This document shows, piece after piece, positions 1-9,048 of a stretch of DNA of 56,444 nt (within the stretch, counting starts at the first letter, position 1; each line of letters starts with the position of its first letter). The notes under the pieces were generated by a model, which had not been told where the DNA came from, did not search any database, and was given only the letters and a program-made list of their open reading frames with translations. Source of the DNA: an uncultured Pseudomonadota bacterium (GTDB taxonomy: Bacteria > Pseudomonadota > Alphaproteobacteria > RF32 > CAG-239); assembly GCA_949283275.1 (NCBI GenBank), contig CASDRW010000120.1:1-56444 (forward strand). The letters run 5' to 3'. The translations under genes were made by a program, and so were the position numbers.

Positions 1-52
1 AGTTTTAAATAAATTGGCACGTTCAATAGTAAATCTCATATCTTTAATCCAT

Positions 53-128
53 AAAAAAACGACTTATTGTTAATCTGCCAAAATGATAGCACAAACTGCT
101 AAAATCAAAAGACAAAACAATAAGTCGT
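53..128 (-). terminator. possible intrinsic terminator of dnaA (long-loop hairpin)
   Basis: 13-bp inverted repeat ACGACTTATTGTT (59-71) / AACAATAAGTCGT (116-128) lies about 20 nt past the dnaA stop. It is followed on the minus strand by a T-run (A53-A58 on +). The 44-nt loop is long for a terminator. Confidence 0.35.
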
Positions 129-149
129 CAACAGGTTTTTAAGAAGATT

Positions 150-1601
150 TTAAGCCTCTAACATCCTTCTCAAGGTCTCAACATTTTCGGCCAAAGAAAC
201 ATCTTCCATAATAAGCTCTTCCACTTTGCGTACGGCGTGCATAACCGTAGTATGGTCGCGGTCAAATTTGCGCCCGATTTCAGGCAAAGAACGCGAGGTC
301 AGCTGTTTGGCCAAATACATGGCAATTTGACGCGGTCTGGCAACGGTTCTGGCACGGCGCGACGATTGCATCTCTTTAACCGAGATATTAAAGTGCTCGG
401 CTACTTTCTTTTGAATCTCGTCGATAGTGGTGCGTTTATCAAAAGAACGCAGCATATCTTTTAGGATATCTTGAGTCATATCAAGAGTAATTTCGTGATT
501 ACTCAAAAGTTGCGAATGAGCGATAACTCTGCGTAAAGCGCCTTCCAGCTCACGAATATTAGAGGTAATCTTGGTTGCCAAAAATTCGGCAACTTTTTGC
601 GGCAACTCAAGACCTAATTGTTTTGCTTTGCTGTTTAAGATGCCCATTCTCAAATCAAAGTCGGTCGGATGAATATCGGCCACCAAACCACAACCCAAAC
701 GAGATTTAAGGCGCGCCTCGATACCTTCCAAGTCCGCCGGTGATTTATCAGCCGAAATAATGATTTGCCGTCCTTCTTCAATCAAAGAATTGAAAGTGTA
801 AAAGAACTCTTCTTGAGTGGTGTCTTTTCCTCCCATAAATTGCACATCATCAACCATCAACACATCAACCGAGCGGAATTGTTCCTTAAAAGCGGTGGTG
901 TCTTTATAGCGCAAAGCCCGTACAAATTTATACATAAACTTTTCTGCCGAAAGATAAACAATATTGCGGCTAGGATCTTGTTGTTTTATATGCCAGGCAA
1001 TGGCGTGCATTAAGTGAGTTTTACCCAGTCCGACTCCCGAATATAAGAACAACGGATTAAAGGAAATATTCCGCGATTCTGCAACTTTGCGAGCTGCCGC
1101 ATAAGCAAACTCGTTAGTTTTGCCCACAACAAAATTATCAAAAGTATATTGCGGATTCAAAGGAACCGACAAAGAGTCATTAAGCGAGCCTTCATTAGCA
1201 TTTGCTGCGACCGAAGCAATTCCCGATTGATAAATATTCTGCGGTATTGGAGAAGAGCTTATTTTTTTCAACAAAGAACGACAAGTAGGGTTGCATAGTC
1301 CTCTGGAAACAACAGGTTCTTGACCTGCTTGAACGATAAAGTTAACATTTTGAATCTGCGGATTCTTTTTCTGCCAAATTTTGTGAATTCTATCGCTGTA
1401 ATTAGTAATAACCCAATTTCGCATAAATCGTGTTGGCACACAAATATTCATTACCCCGTTGTTAAAAGAGCCGACACTCAAAGGCTTAAGCCAGCTGTCA
1501 AAAGCCGTATCGCCGATTTCTGTCTTCAATTGTTCGCAAATTTGTCCCCATTGTTCTAAAACCGATGCTTCATCAGCAAGTACCTCTTCGGTCATTTTCA
1601 C
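150..1601 (-). CDS. dnaA: chromosomal replication initiator protein DnaA
   Basis: 483-aa ORF with AAA+ Walker A GVGLGKTHLMHA. C-terminal DnaA-box-binding helix-turn-helix region (RSLPEIGRKFDRDHTTVMHAVRKV). The rpsT neighbour is typical of alphaproteobacteria. Confidence 0.97.
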   Translation of the reverse strand: MKMTEEVLADEASVLEQWGQICEQLKTEIGDTAFDSWLKPLSVGSFNNGVMNICVPTRFMRNWVITNYSDRIHKIWQKKNPQIQNVNFIVQAGQEPVVSRGLCNPTCRSLLKKISSSPIPQNIYQSGIASVAANANEGSLNDSLSVPLNPQYTFDNFVVGKTNEFAYAAARKVAESRNISFNPLFLYSGVGLGKTHLMHAIAWHIKQQDPSRNIVYLSAEKFMYKFVRALRYKDTTAFKEQFRSVDVLMVDDVQFMGGKDTTQEEFFYTFNSLIEEGRQIIISADKSPADLEGIEARLKSRLGCGLVADIHPTDFDLRMGILNSKAKQLGLELPQKVAEFLATKITSNIRELEGALRRVIAHSQLLSNHEITLDMTQDILKDMLRSFDKRTTIDEIQKKVAEHFNISVKEMQSSRRARTVARPRQIAMYLAKQLTSRSLPEIGRKFDRDHTTVMHAVRKVEELIMEDVSLAENVETLRRMLEA

Positions 1602-1813
1602 TCCCCAATCTATTTCTTAAAATTAAACCCCTACATCAGTTGTTTTTGTTTTTTTGTATTGCTGTTATATATCTTATCTAGACCGCTAACTTTTCAAAGA
1701 ATGAAAAACATTAAAAAGCTCTGTTGCCTTTAGACCGATAACATCACCATTTTGTAATAATTTTCCCCTATTACATAACACCAAAACAAACTGACACCTA
1801 AATAAATAGACTG

Positions 1814-1923
1814 TACTGTCCCTTTTTAGATTCTAAAAACTTCAAAATCCTCTAATCAAGCAATCCTGACATCATCGACCATACTGTCTCTTTTTAGATT
1901 CTAAAAACTTCAAAATTCTCTAA
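1814..1923. repeat. two 42-bp direct repeats (1814-1855, 1882-1923), each with a perfect 17-bp palindrome, in the dnaA upstream region
   Basis: 40/42 identical copies with a 68-bp period. Each copy contains TTTTTAGA-T-TCTAAAAA (1823-1839 and 1891-1907). Confidence 0.85.
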
Positions 1924-2045
1924 CAAAGTGATTCGGATATTATTGCAAAAAAAAATAAATACAACAGAACTTTTGCCGAACATATAAATTAAATTTCTTG
2001 ACAGGTATTTTTAAAGGAGTCGCCCGGATTCTGTCGCTTTTTATG

Positions 2046-2091
2046 CAAAAAACACAAGCCAACAAATCCCTTAAAAGGGCTTGGCTTGTGT
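2046..2091 (-). terminator. intrinsic terminator of rpsT
   Basis: 11-bp stem ACACAAGCCAA (2052-2062) / TTGGCTTGTGT (2081-2091) with inner CCC..GGG pairing. It is followed on the minus strand by TTTTTT and lies 27 nt after the rpsT stop. Confidence 0.75.
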
Positions 2092-2117
2092 TTATAAATT
2101 AAAGTAATAAAGCTATG

Positions 2118-2378
2118 TTACAAAGCTTTAATTTTCTGTGACAAACGCGAAACTTTGCGAGCAGCGGTATTAAGTTTGAAAACACCTTTTCTAACAGCGC
2201 GCATCAACTCAGATTCGGCAGTCTTAAAAGCGGCATTAGCCTGCTCTTTATCTCCGGCAGTGATAGCAGCCTCAACTTTCTTAACAAAAGTGCGAACTCT
2301 GCTTCTGCGAGCACCGTTGATAAGAGCTCTTTTATTATTTCTTACGATTCTGCTTTTTGCAGATTTATGATTGGCCAT
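2118..2378 (-). CDS. rpsT: 30S ribosomal protein S20
   Basis: 86-aa basic protein starting [19 protein letters not shown], with typical S20 length and N-terminus. Confidence 0.95.
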   Translation of the reverse strand: MANHKSAKSRIVRNNKRALINGARRSRVRTFVKKVEAAITAGDKEQANAAFKTAESELMRAVRKGVFKLNTAARKVSRLSQKIKAL

Positions 2379-2499
2379 TTTTCTTATTCCATTTCAATCT
2401 AAAAGTTATTCCGATTTTTTTAATGTTACTGCTTTATAAACTTGAACACCCCGATAAGTCAACAACAATTTTACCTCAAAAGCCGATTCTTCAAGCTTT

Positions 2500-3249
2500 T
2501 TATTTAAAATTGGCCAAAATATCTCTAAATTCCGGGGTGTTCATACTCAAACGACAACTTTTTAGTTCCAATTCCATGCCGTTTTTAAGATTCATATTTT
2601 CCACTTGCTTCAGAGTCTCTTTTGCCTGCAAGACAGCCTGATACGGCAAAGAGACGATTCTGTTGGCTACGCGCGAGGCTTCATCAAACAAATCAGGCAA
2701 AGGTACGACTCTGCTGATAAGTCCGCTCATACAAGCCTCTTCGGCACTCATTGCTTTGCCGGTCAAGATCATCTCCATAGCTTTAGCTTTACCGATTCGA
2801 TGCATTAATCTTGAACATCCACCAAAAGAGGGAATAGTGCCGATAGAAAGTTCGGGATATCCTATTTCGGCCGATTCTGCAGCCAAAATAATATCTCCGG
2901 CCATAGCCAAATCACATCCTAAACCCAAGGCATATCCGGCAACGGCCACAATAACCGGCTTACAACAATTGGCAATTTTATTAAACTCATCTTGCCACGC
3001 CTTTAGAGCCAAGCTTTGTTGTGAGACTTCATAACTCAAAGCTTTTACATCGATTCCCGCGGCAAAAACTTTGTCGGTTCCTTTAATAATGATGCAGCGA
3101 ATGGCGTCATCATATTCCCAAGTTTGCACTTGATAAGCAATTTCATTAAGCATTTCAAGGTTAACCGCATTCATATTTTCCGGGCGATTTAATGTTATGG
3201 TTCCTACATTACCGTCAATAGAGGTTAAAATAGTATTATTTTCTTCCAT
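2500..3249 (-). CDS. enoyl-CoA hydratase/isomerase (crotonase) family protein
   Basis: 249 aa with crotonase signatures (KVFAAGIDVKAL, AGYALGLGCDLAMAGD, ELSIGTIPSFGG). Confidence 0.85.
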   Translation of the reverse strand: MEENNTILTSIDGNVGTITLNRPENMNAVNLEMLNEIAYQVQTWEYDDAIRCIIIKGTDKVFAAGIDVKALSYEVSQQSLALKAWQDEFNKIANCCKPVIVAVAGYALGLGCDLAMAGDIILAAESAEIGYPELSIGTIPSFGGCSRLMHRIGKAKAMEMILTGKAMSAEEACMSGLISRVVPLPDLFDEASRVANRIVSLPYQAVLQAKETLKQVENMNLKNGMELELKSCRLSMNTPEFRDILANFK

Positions 3250-3267
3250 GAATATATTCCTTAAACT

Positions 3268-3636
3268 TTAAAGTTTGCTTTTAACGGTTAGTCTGACGAT
3301 TAAGGGTTTGGTCGATTCTTTGCTTATTTCAAGGGTTTCCCCCTCACGTTCAAATAAGATTTTTCCCTTATTCTGTCGCTTAATTTGCCACCCCATCTGC
3401 GGCAAGGTTTCTTCATAAAATTTAGCCACCTGCTGAAACATCAAATCAGGCGAAGTAAGATAAGCCTCAATCAGGCGGATTTCTTCATTGCCAAAGCTCA
3501 AATTTCCGTTTTCGACTTGAGACAATCCCTCCGGCAAAGGAATATCTTCCAGACCTTCAACAAAATCAGCTCTTGCTTGCCAGGCAAAACAAAGCAACAA
3601 AAGCATTACAGAAAACATAAGCAGCAATCTTTTCAT
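3268..3636 (-). CDS. hypothetical secreted protein
   Basis: 122 aa with a signal-peptide-like N-terminus (MKRLLLMFSVMLLLLCFAWQARA). It overlaps the mutM stop by 4 nt, which suggests coupling. Confidence 0.6.
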   Translation of the reverse strand: MKRLLLMFSVMLLLLCFAWQARADFVEGLEDIPLPEGLSQVENGNLSFGNEEIRLIEAYLTSPDLMFQQVAKFYEETLPQMGWQIKRQNKGKILFEREGETLEISKESTKPLIVRLTVKSKL

Positions 3637-4475
3637 TTTTGCAAACTTTCACAATAAAAGGTTGACCTACCTCCCTGTATAATCTTCTTTATACCACCGG
3701 TTTTATCAATATTGCAAATACAATCAGGGCAACGTTGTCCGGTTTTGTTATAAACGCAATGTTGATTCTGAAAATAGCCCAAGCTTCCGTCAGGTTTTTT
3801 ATAATCGCGCAAGGTTGATCCACCTGCTTTAATTGCTTTTTGCAAAACGAATTTGGTTTTTTCAATCAAACACGCACATTCCGCTTTGGTGATATTTACA
3901 GCCAAACGCAAGGGAGATATTCTTGCCTCATATAAAATTTCCGAAGCATAAATATTGCCGATTCCGGCGATTATACTTTGGTCGAGCAAAGCAAGTTTTA
4001 TGGGAATTTTTTTCTTTTTCTGTAGCTTTTCAAACAAATATTCATCCGAAAGTTCTATTCCGAACGGATCAACTCCGCAACGCTCAAACAAGCCGCTTTG
4101 GGCAAGGTTATCTGTTTTGCAGTAAGTAAACAAGCCAAATCTTCTGGGATCATTATAAACGATAATTCCGTTTGTTGTCACAATCACCACATGATCATGC
4201 TTTTCCCAACAATCTGGTTTCTTCTCAAGCAGGGATATTTTTCCGCTCATGCCCATATGCCAAACCAAACTTATGCCGTTATCAAGATTTATCACGATAT
4301 ACTTTGCCAACCGTTGATAAGTTTTGATTTTGGCTTTGCAAACTTTCCTCGGCAAATCAGCGGGAACTTTTTGCCGCAAATTAGAATTACGAACAATTAC
4401 TTCTTTAATAAAGGCATTGCCGATTCCTTTTGCAATCGCGTTTTTTATAGTTTCGACTTCGGGTAATTCGGGCAT
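3633..4475 (-). CDS. mutM: formamidopyrimidine-DNA glycosylase (Fpg/MutM)
   Basis: 280 aa with the catalytic N-terminus MPELPEVETI and an H2TH region. The C-terminal zinc-finger region reads CPDC...FYCESLQK, so the last Cys of the usual CxxC is Leu. Confidence 0.93.
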   Translation of the reverse strand: MPELPEVETIKNAIAKGIGNAFIKEVIVRNSNLRQKVPADLPRKVCKAKIKTYQRLAKYIVINLDNGISLVWHMGMSGKISLLEKKPDCWEKHDHVVIVTTNGIIVYNDPRRFGLFTYCKTDNLAQSGLFERCGVDPFGIELSDEYLFEKLQKKKKIPIKLALLDQSIIAGIGNIYASEILYEARISPLRLAVNITKAECACLIEKTKFVLQKAIKAGGSTLRDYKKPDGSLGYFQNQHCVYNKTGQRCPDCICNIDKTGGIKKIIQGGRSTFYCESLQK

Positions 4476-4616
4476 TTTTACGCACAGACCTCAAAATTTT
4501 ATAAAAACACTTTAAGTATAAATAATTTTTACCTTAATACAATAACAAATAAATTGTTGCACTCAAGAGTTAAATGAGCTATTTTGCAGCCAATCTTTAC
4601 TAAGAGAAAAAGGCAA

Positions 4617-5150
4617 ATGATAAACAAGAGCAAGCGTCAAAAAAAATATTTTGCTCCGCAAAATGATAATTGCGAGCATCGTTGCGATTATCCCGGCTGC
4701 ACCAAAGCCGGAGAATATCGTGCGCCCAAAGATGCTCGTCTCAAAGAATATTATTGGTTTTGCTTGGAACATGTTCAAGAATACAATGCCAAATGGAATT
4801 ATTATGAAGATTCGGCCATGGAAAATGATGAAGAAGGTATCGGCCGTCGCTTTAGATTTTCTTCGCGTATAAAATATGGATTTGGATTCGATTTCCCTGG
4901 CGGATATAATATCTTTAATGATATTCCTAATGGTTCATCACCGAGTATTCGCTTGACGGGAGCGGAAAGAGAAGGTCTGAAAATTATGGAAGTGGAAGTA
5001 GAAAATTTGAGTGTTTCCGAGCTTAAAAAAGCCTATAAAAAAGCCGTCAAAAAATATCATCCCGATATAAACATTAATGACAAAACCGCCGAAGAAAAAT
5101 TCAAAATCATCAGTACAACCTACAAATCGTTGCTTGAAAAGCTATCCTAA
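4617..5150 (+). CDS. small J-domain protein (Cys/His-rich N-terminus, C-terminal J domain)
   Basis: C-terminal J domain with HPD (ELKKAYKKAVKKYHPDININDKTAEEKFKIISTTYKSL). N-terminal cluster is CEHRCDYPGC...FCLEH. The track ORF starts at a TTG at 4584; the first ATG is at 4617. Confidence 0.75.
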   Translation: MINKSKRQKKYFAPQNDNCEHRCDYPGCTKAGEYRAPKDARLKEYYWFCLEHVQEYNAKWNYYEDSAMENDEEGIGRRFRFSSRIKYGFGFDFPGGYNIFNDIPNGSSPSIRLTGAEREGLKIMEVEVENLSVSELKKAYKKAVKKYHPDININDKTAEEKFKIISTTYKSLLEKLS

Positions 5151-5968
5151 TCTCTGACATTGATTTTTTTGATAGTATTTTGCAGCTTTTTTTGTTGTAG
5201 TTTCTTTTCTTTTTTACTCAGTTTTTTTCTTTCTTTTCTACCGGATTTTTCCAAAATAATTTCGGCATTTTTTTTGTCATCATTACTTCGACCAAGCTTA
5301 ACTAAATCTTCCATAGAGGTGTTTTTCAAGACATGTTCTTGCTTTTTATCTGACAATAAAGAAGCTTGGTGTACCTTGCGTAATCCTTTAACCATATTGG
5401 CAGTATCTTTGGCTGATAAACCATTGGTTTTTAACTTGGTTTTGGCGGTTATGTTTTGTTTTATGGTGTTGTCAAAAGTTTCGGAAACAGGGGCCACATC
5501 TTGAATGTTATTATTAACGATTTTTCGTTTTATACTTTTAAGTCCCAGTTGCTTAGACATCTTGTCAGCCATAATTATGGCCTCCATCTTTCCGGCAGTT
5601 TGCTGCATTTTTTGGTTCTCTAAAGTTTTGTTAACCTGGAGTTTGCTTTTTTCGTCGTCCTTAAGAGCCGACATCAAAGAAGAATTTTCTGCTTCCAAGG
5701 ATATATCAAAATTAAATACGATTTCAGTTTCTTCCTCGTCCTCATCTTCATCGTCATAAACATCTCGTATTTTAGTTTTAAGTCTTTTTAAGTTAGGAGA
5801 TAAGTTTTTTATTTGTTTTGCCGTTGCCTTAAAATTATTACGATCTTTAGCTTCCTCGGTTACGGCTTTTTGTAAGTCGATTCTGCGCGAAAGATGAGTT
5901 TTGCCGGATTCTCCTTTTTTTTGTTCCCATTCAATATTTGAAGGATTGTCCTCTTCAACCATATCCAT
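5147..5968 (-). CDS. hypothetical highly charged (Lys/Glu-rich) protein
   Basis: 273-aa ORF with an acidic run DDEDEDEEE and a Lys-rich tail KERKKLSKKEKKLQQKKLQ. I recognise no motif. Confidence 0.55.
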   Translation of the reverse strand: MDMVEEDNPSNIEWEQKKGESGKTHLSRRIDLQKAVTEEAKDRNNFKATAKQIKNLSPNLKRLKTKIRDVYDDEDEDEEETEIVFNFDISLEAENSSLMSALKDDEKSKLQVNKTLENQKMQQTAGKMEAIIMADKMSKQLGLKSIKRKIVNNNIQDVAPVSETFDNTIKQNITAKTKLKTNGLSAKDTANMVKGLRKVHQASLLSDKKQEHVLKNTSMEDLVKLGRSNDDKKNAEIILEKSGRKERKKLSKKEKKLQQKKLQNTIKKINVRD

Positions 5969-6024
5969 TCCTAACTGTTATAATTTATTCATTAACGATA
6001 TCTTTTCATAAAACATTGTCTCTG

Positions 6025-7728
6025 TCAATTAACAGTACCGTCAATTTTTTTGTAAGTAATCATTAACGAGCCATCAGACAGATTAGCCACGGCAATTTGC
6101 AGATTTTCTTTATCTCTTTGCAGAGTCATGGTTTTTGAAGTCATGTTTAACAAATTTGCACCGATTCCCTGTTTTAGAGTGTCCCAGTCCTCATCTTTGG
6201 CAAAAAAAGAACGTTGACTATCCAAAACCTCATCAAAAGAGGGTTCTGCGGCCATAAAGTTTTTGTCGGCATTCCATAATTTTAAATAAGCCTCATTAAA
6301 AAATTGCAATCTTCCGTTTGCGCCAAACACCAAAACGGCATCAAACAAATTATTAAACATTTCGTTTTGAACAGACATCAAAGCGTTATATGCACTGGTT
6401 GCGGCTAATCTATCGGATATATCCTCATAAGCAAAAACAATTCCCCCCATCGGATAAGGAGCTCTCATCCTGCGCAAAGTTTTACCGTTTGGCAAATGAA
6501 GCAAGTCATTAATCGGTTCAATTATTTTACTGAAACTTTTTAGCTCTTCTTGCTTAAAAGCTTTATAATCCGGGACTTCCGGAAGCAGTCGATTCTCGCG
6601 CAAAACATCCAAAAAAGAAGAATAAGAAGGTTTTTGATCAAGCCAAATACTGTCTAAATGCCACAATTCAAAAAACGAACGGTTATAAAAGTTTAGTACC
6701 ATATCCTGATTAAATACGGCAAAAGCAGTTCCCAAAGAGCCAAGAATTTCCAGTTGGGCATTTTGATGCCTTTTAAGATTGCGTCGCAACAAATCCAAGT
6801 CGTGAATATCAATCAGACATCCGGCGGAATAAGTTTTTTCAAGATTTTGTTCGGCATAAAAAGGGGTTTCGTATGCTTCCATGGCAATTCTGTTTCCTTT
6901 AACCACAACGCTGGCAGATGTTTTTCCAGGCTTATTGGTATTATGTACACGTTCAGCCAAAGCTTTTGAGATACTTTCTCCGTTGGTTCCCATAATTTCG
7001 CAATGATCGTCGGTGCTGTTTTCTTGTGGTTTGTCAGCCGCAAAATCATTAAATTTTTTATTGCCATAAATAATATCCAAATTATTATCTCGCAACCATA
7101 CGGCAAAAGGCAAATTATCAAGCATATCTTCTTGTAACAAAAGTTTTTTTTCAATGTTAGCTTTGTCCTCTTCCAAAGATTTTATTCGGTTGGTGGCAAA
7201 ACTTACATCTCTGAACCAAATCATATCACAATAAATATTTCCATCAGCCCCGTTGATTCTAACCCCCTCAAGACGAATATATTTATTTGCGTTTTTAAGC
7301 AGAAAATAATCTTCAAAAGCCACACCTTCTTCTTTTAACATACCGACATACTTGCTGATTTTTTTCACATCATCTTTATAAAAATTTTTCAAAACATCAT
7401 TAAAATCTGATTTTACGCCGTTTTCCAAATTCAAAATAACCGCCAACCTTCTTGAGCATCTTTCGGTTATGGTTTTTCTGGGATCATTGACTTTGTCATC
7501 CGGATAAATAAAAGCAAAATATCCGTCATGAGAAGCATACAAAGTTTCGGCATATCTTTCGCGATCACGACGCAAGAAATAGTTTTTTTGCCGCAATATT
7601 AATACCTTAAAAGCCAAAAACAAAATGATTAAAAAAGCCACACAAGCAATTGCTCCGATCCCGAACCATAATTCCGGCGCCGCATCATACATGTTTTGCA
7701 ATAAAGTTGTATCCATGATTTTTGCCAT
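6025..7728 (-). CDS. membrane-anchored PAS-repeat sensor protein lacking a kinase domain
   Basis: 567 aa with one N-terminal TM helix (WFGIGAIACVAFLIILFLAFKVLIL). Three PAS-like repeats follow (LDNLPFAVWLRDNNLDIIYGN, LGTAFAVFNQDMVLNFYNRSFFELW, FDAVLVFGANGRLQFFNEAYLKLW). There is no H-box or ATPase motif. Confidence 0.7.
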   Translation of the reverse strand: MAKIMDTTLLQNMYDAAPELWFGIGAIACVAFLIILFLAFKVLILRQKNYFLRRDRERYAETLYASHDGYFAFIYPDDKVNDPRKTITERCSRRLAVILNLENGVKSDFNDVLKNFYKDDVKKISKYVGMLKEEGVAFEDYFLLKNANKYIRLEGVRINGADGNIYCDMIWFRDVSFATNRIKSLEEDKANIEKKLLLQEDMLDNLPFAVWLRDNNLDIIYGNKKFNDFAADKPQENSTDDHCEIMGTNGESISKALAERVHNTNKPGKTSASVVVKGNRIAMEAYETPFYAEQNLEKTYSAGCLIDIHDLDLLRRNLKRHQNAQLEILGSLGTAFAVFNQDMVLNFYNRSFFELWHLDSIWLDQKPSYSSFLDVLRENRLLPEVPDYKAFKQEELKSFSKIIEPINDLLHLPNGKTLRRMRAPYPMGGIVFAYEDISDRLAATSAYNALMSVQNEMFNNLFDAVLVFGANGRLQFFNEAYLKLWNADKNFMAAEPSFDEVLDSQRSFFAKDEDWDTLKQGIGANLLNMTSKTMTLQRDKENLQIAVANLSDGSLMITYKKIDGTVN

Positions 7729-7809
7729 AACGTAAAAAACGATTGTTTATTGATAGATTTTATTATATAAAAAACATTATTCAAACCTTAAAATAAAATA
7801 AGTGGACAA

Positions 7810-8475
7810 ATGTATACTCTTTCTTTTGATACAACCGCTGCGGCATGCAGCATTATTTTGCAAAAAGACGAGCAAACGATATCTCTTTTCTCACAGACGA
7901 TGGAATTTGGCCAGGCGGAGGTGTTGCTCCCGCAAATAAAAAGAATGCTGGCTTTGGCAAAGATAGAGTTTGCTGATTTAGGAGCTTTGTTTGTTTGTGT
8001 TGGCCCCGGCTCTTTTACCGGTGTAAGGTCGTCGATCTCGGCGGCCAAAGTTTTTAATTTGGCGTTACCCCAGCTTAAAGTTATTGGTGTTTCGGCTTTT
8101 GATGTCTATAAAATGACTTTTTCTGAGGCCGATATAGCCGAAAGCAATGCCATAATCATAGAAACCAGGCGAGAGGATTTTTATGTTCAAATTTTTGATA
8201 AGCATATGCAAAAAACAACCGAACCGCAAGCTCTTATGCGAGATGACATAATATCGCATCTCAAAGGCCGGCTAGTTTCACTTTGCGGCGATGGAGTAGA
8301 AAGATTTTTAAACACCCCCAGTGGGCTTAACATTCATGCGGTAAAGATGTTTGACAATCTGCCGATAGAAACATTATCTGCCGCCAGCAAACAAATGCTG
8401 GCTGCCAAAAAACTCAATTTTCCCAAGCCGTTATATTTACGTGCGCCGGATGTAACCATTCCCGCAAAGATTTGA
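7810..8475 (+). CDS. tsaB: tRNA t6A37 biosynthesis protein TsaB
   Basis: 221 aa with an N-terminal ASKHA fold signature (LSFDTTAAACS ... GPGSFTGVRSSISAAK). Confidence 0.9.
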   Translation: MYTLSFDTTAAACSIILQKDEQTISLFSQTMEFGQAEVLLPQIKRMLALAKIEFADLGALFVCVGPGSFTGVRSSISAAKVFNLALPQLKVIGVSAFDVYKMTFSEADIAESNAIIIETRREDFYVQIFDKHMQKTTEPQALMRDDIISHLKGRLVSLCGDGVERFLNTPSGLNIHAVKMFDNLPIETLSAASKQMLAAKKLNFPKPLYLRAPDVTIPAKI

Positions 8476-8485
8476 TAAAATTTTA

Positions 8486-9028
8486 TTATCTTTCGCGGTT
8501 TCCACGCTCATGTTCCATCATGCGTTGGCGAATTTTTGCTAATTCATATTCTTTGATGTTGCGCTCACGTTTAGCTCGTTCTTTAGGAGTTTCTCGGTAG
8601 TTAGCTTTGGCCTCGCGCAAAGCCATAAGTCGTTTGACAAGGTTTTTTTGTGAAATACCGTTAGTACTGCTTTTAAGGAAGCTTTGAATATTTTCCGGTG
8701 TAAGAACTTCTTCCATGTTTTTAAGCAGCGCCTTGTCGGCCATAATTCGATTAAGCTCAACTTCAATGGCTTCGTCCCAGTCCTCATCATCGTCATCATC
8801 TAGGCTTTGTTTTATGATTTTAAGCAAAAACCCCTTAAACAGTTTATTTACCAGCTTAATAAAATTTTTATTTGTAACCATTTCGTTGCTGGATGCGTTC
8901 ATTAAGGCAAACAACAAAAGGTTTTTTACATATTTTTTTTGCCTTGACGATAATTTAACATTTCCGGTAATACCGCATTTTGCGGCCTCCAAAACCAAGC
9001 TTCTTTCTTTTTTAAATTTATCTGTCAT
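8486..9028 (-). CDS. hypothetical protein
   Basis: 180-aa ORF with an acidic run DDDDDEDWDE and a basic tail RQRMMEHERGNRER. No recognisable motif. Confidence 0.5.
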   Translation of the reverse strand: MTDKFKKERSLVLEAAKCGITGNVKLSSRQKKYVKNLLLFALMNASSNEMVTNKNFIKLVNKLFKGFLLKIIKQSLDDDDDEDWDEAIEVELNRIMADKALLKNMEEVLTPENIQSFLKSSTNGISQKNLVKRLMALREAKANYRETPKERAKRERNIKEYELAKIRQRMMEHERGNRER

Positions 9029-9048
9029 GATGTAGCTTCTTTCTTTTA

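Noticed and set aside
237-1559. Plus-strand ORFs 237-464, 765-1013 and 1320-1559 inside dnaA. More generally, the many 60-170-aa ORFs in the track that lie antisense to or out of frame within long conserved genes (e.g. 6813-7154, 17143-17451, 21954-22361, 22725-23255, 28440-29129, 43136-43588, 45265-45786).
   Set aside because: All are nested in genes with strong family signatures. Their translations are low-complexity or Leu/Ser/Phe-rich shadow frames without motifs or RBS.
1602-2117. The idea that the dnaA-rpsT spacer is oriC.
   Set aside because: I found no cluster of DnaA boxes. In alphaproteobacteria the origin is usually not next to dnaA. Only the palindromic repeats are reported, as a regulatory candidate.
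5700-5760. GAT/GAA/GAG-rich stretch that looks like a simple-sequence repeat.
   Set aside because: It is the coding sequence of the DDEDEDEEE acidic run. It is not a regular tandem repeat at the nucleotide level.
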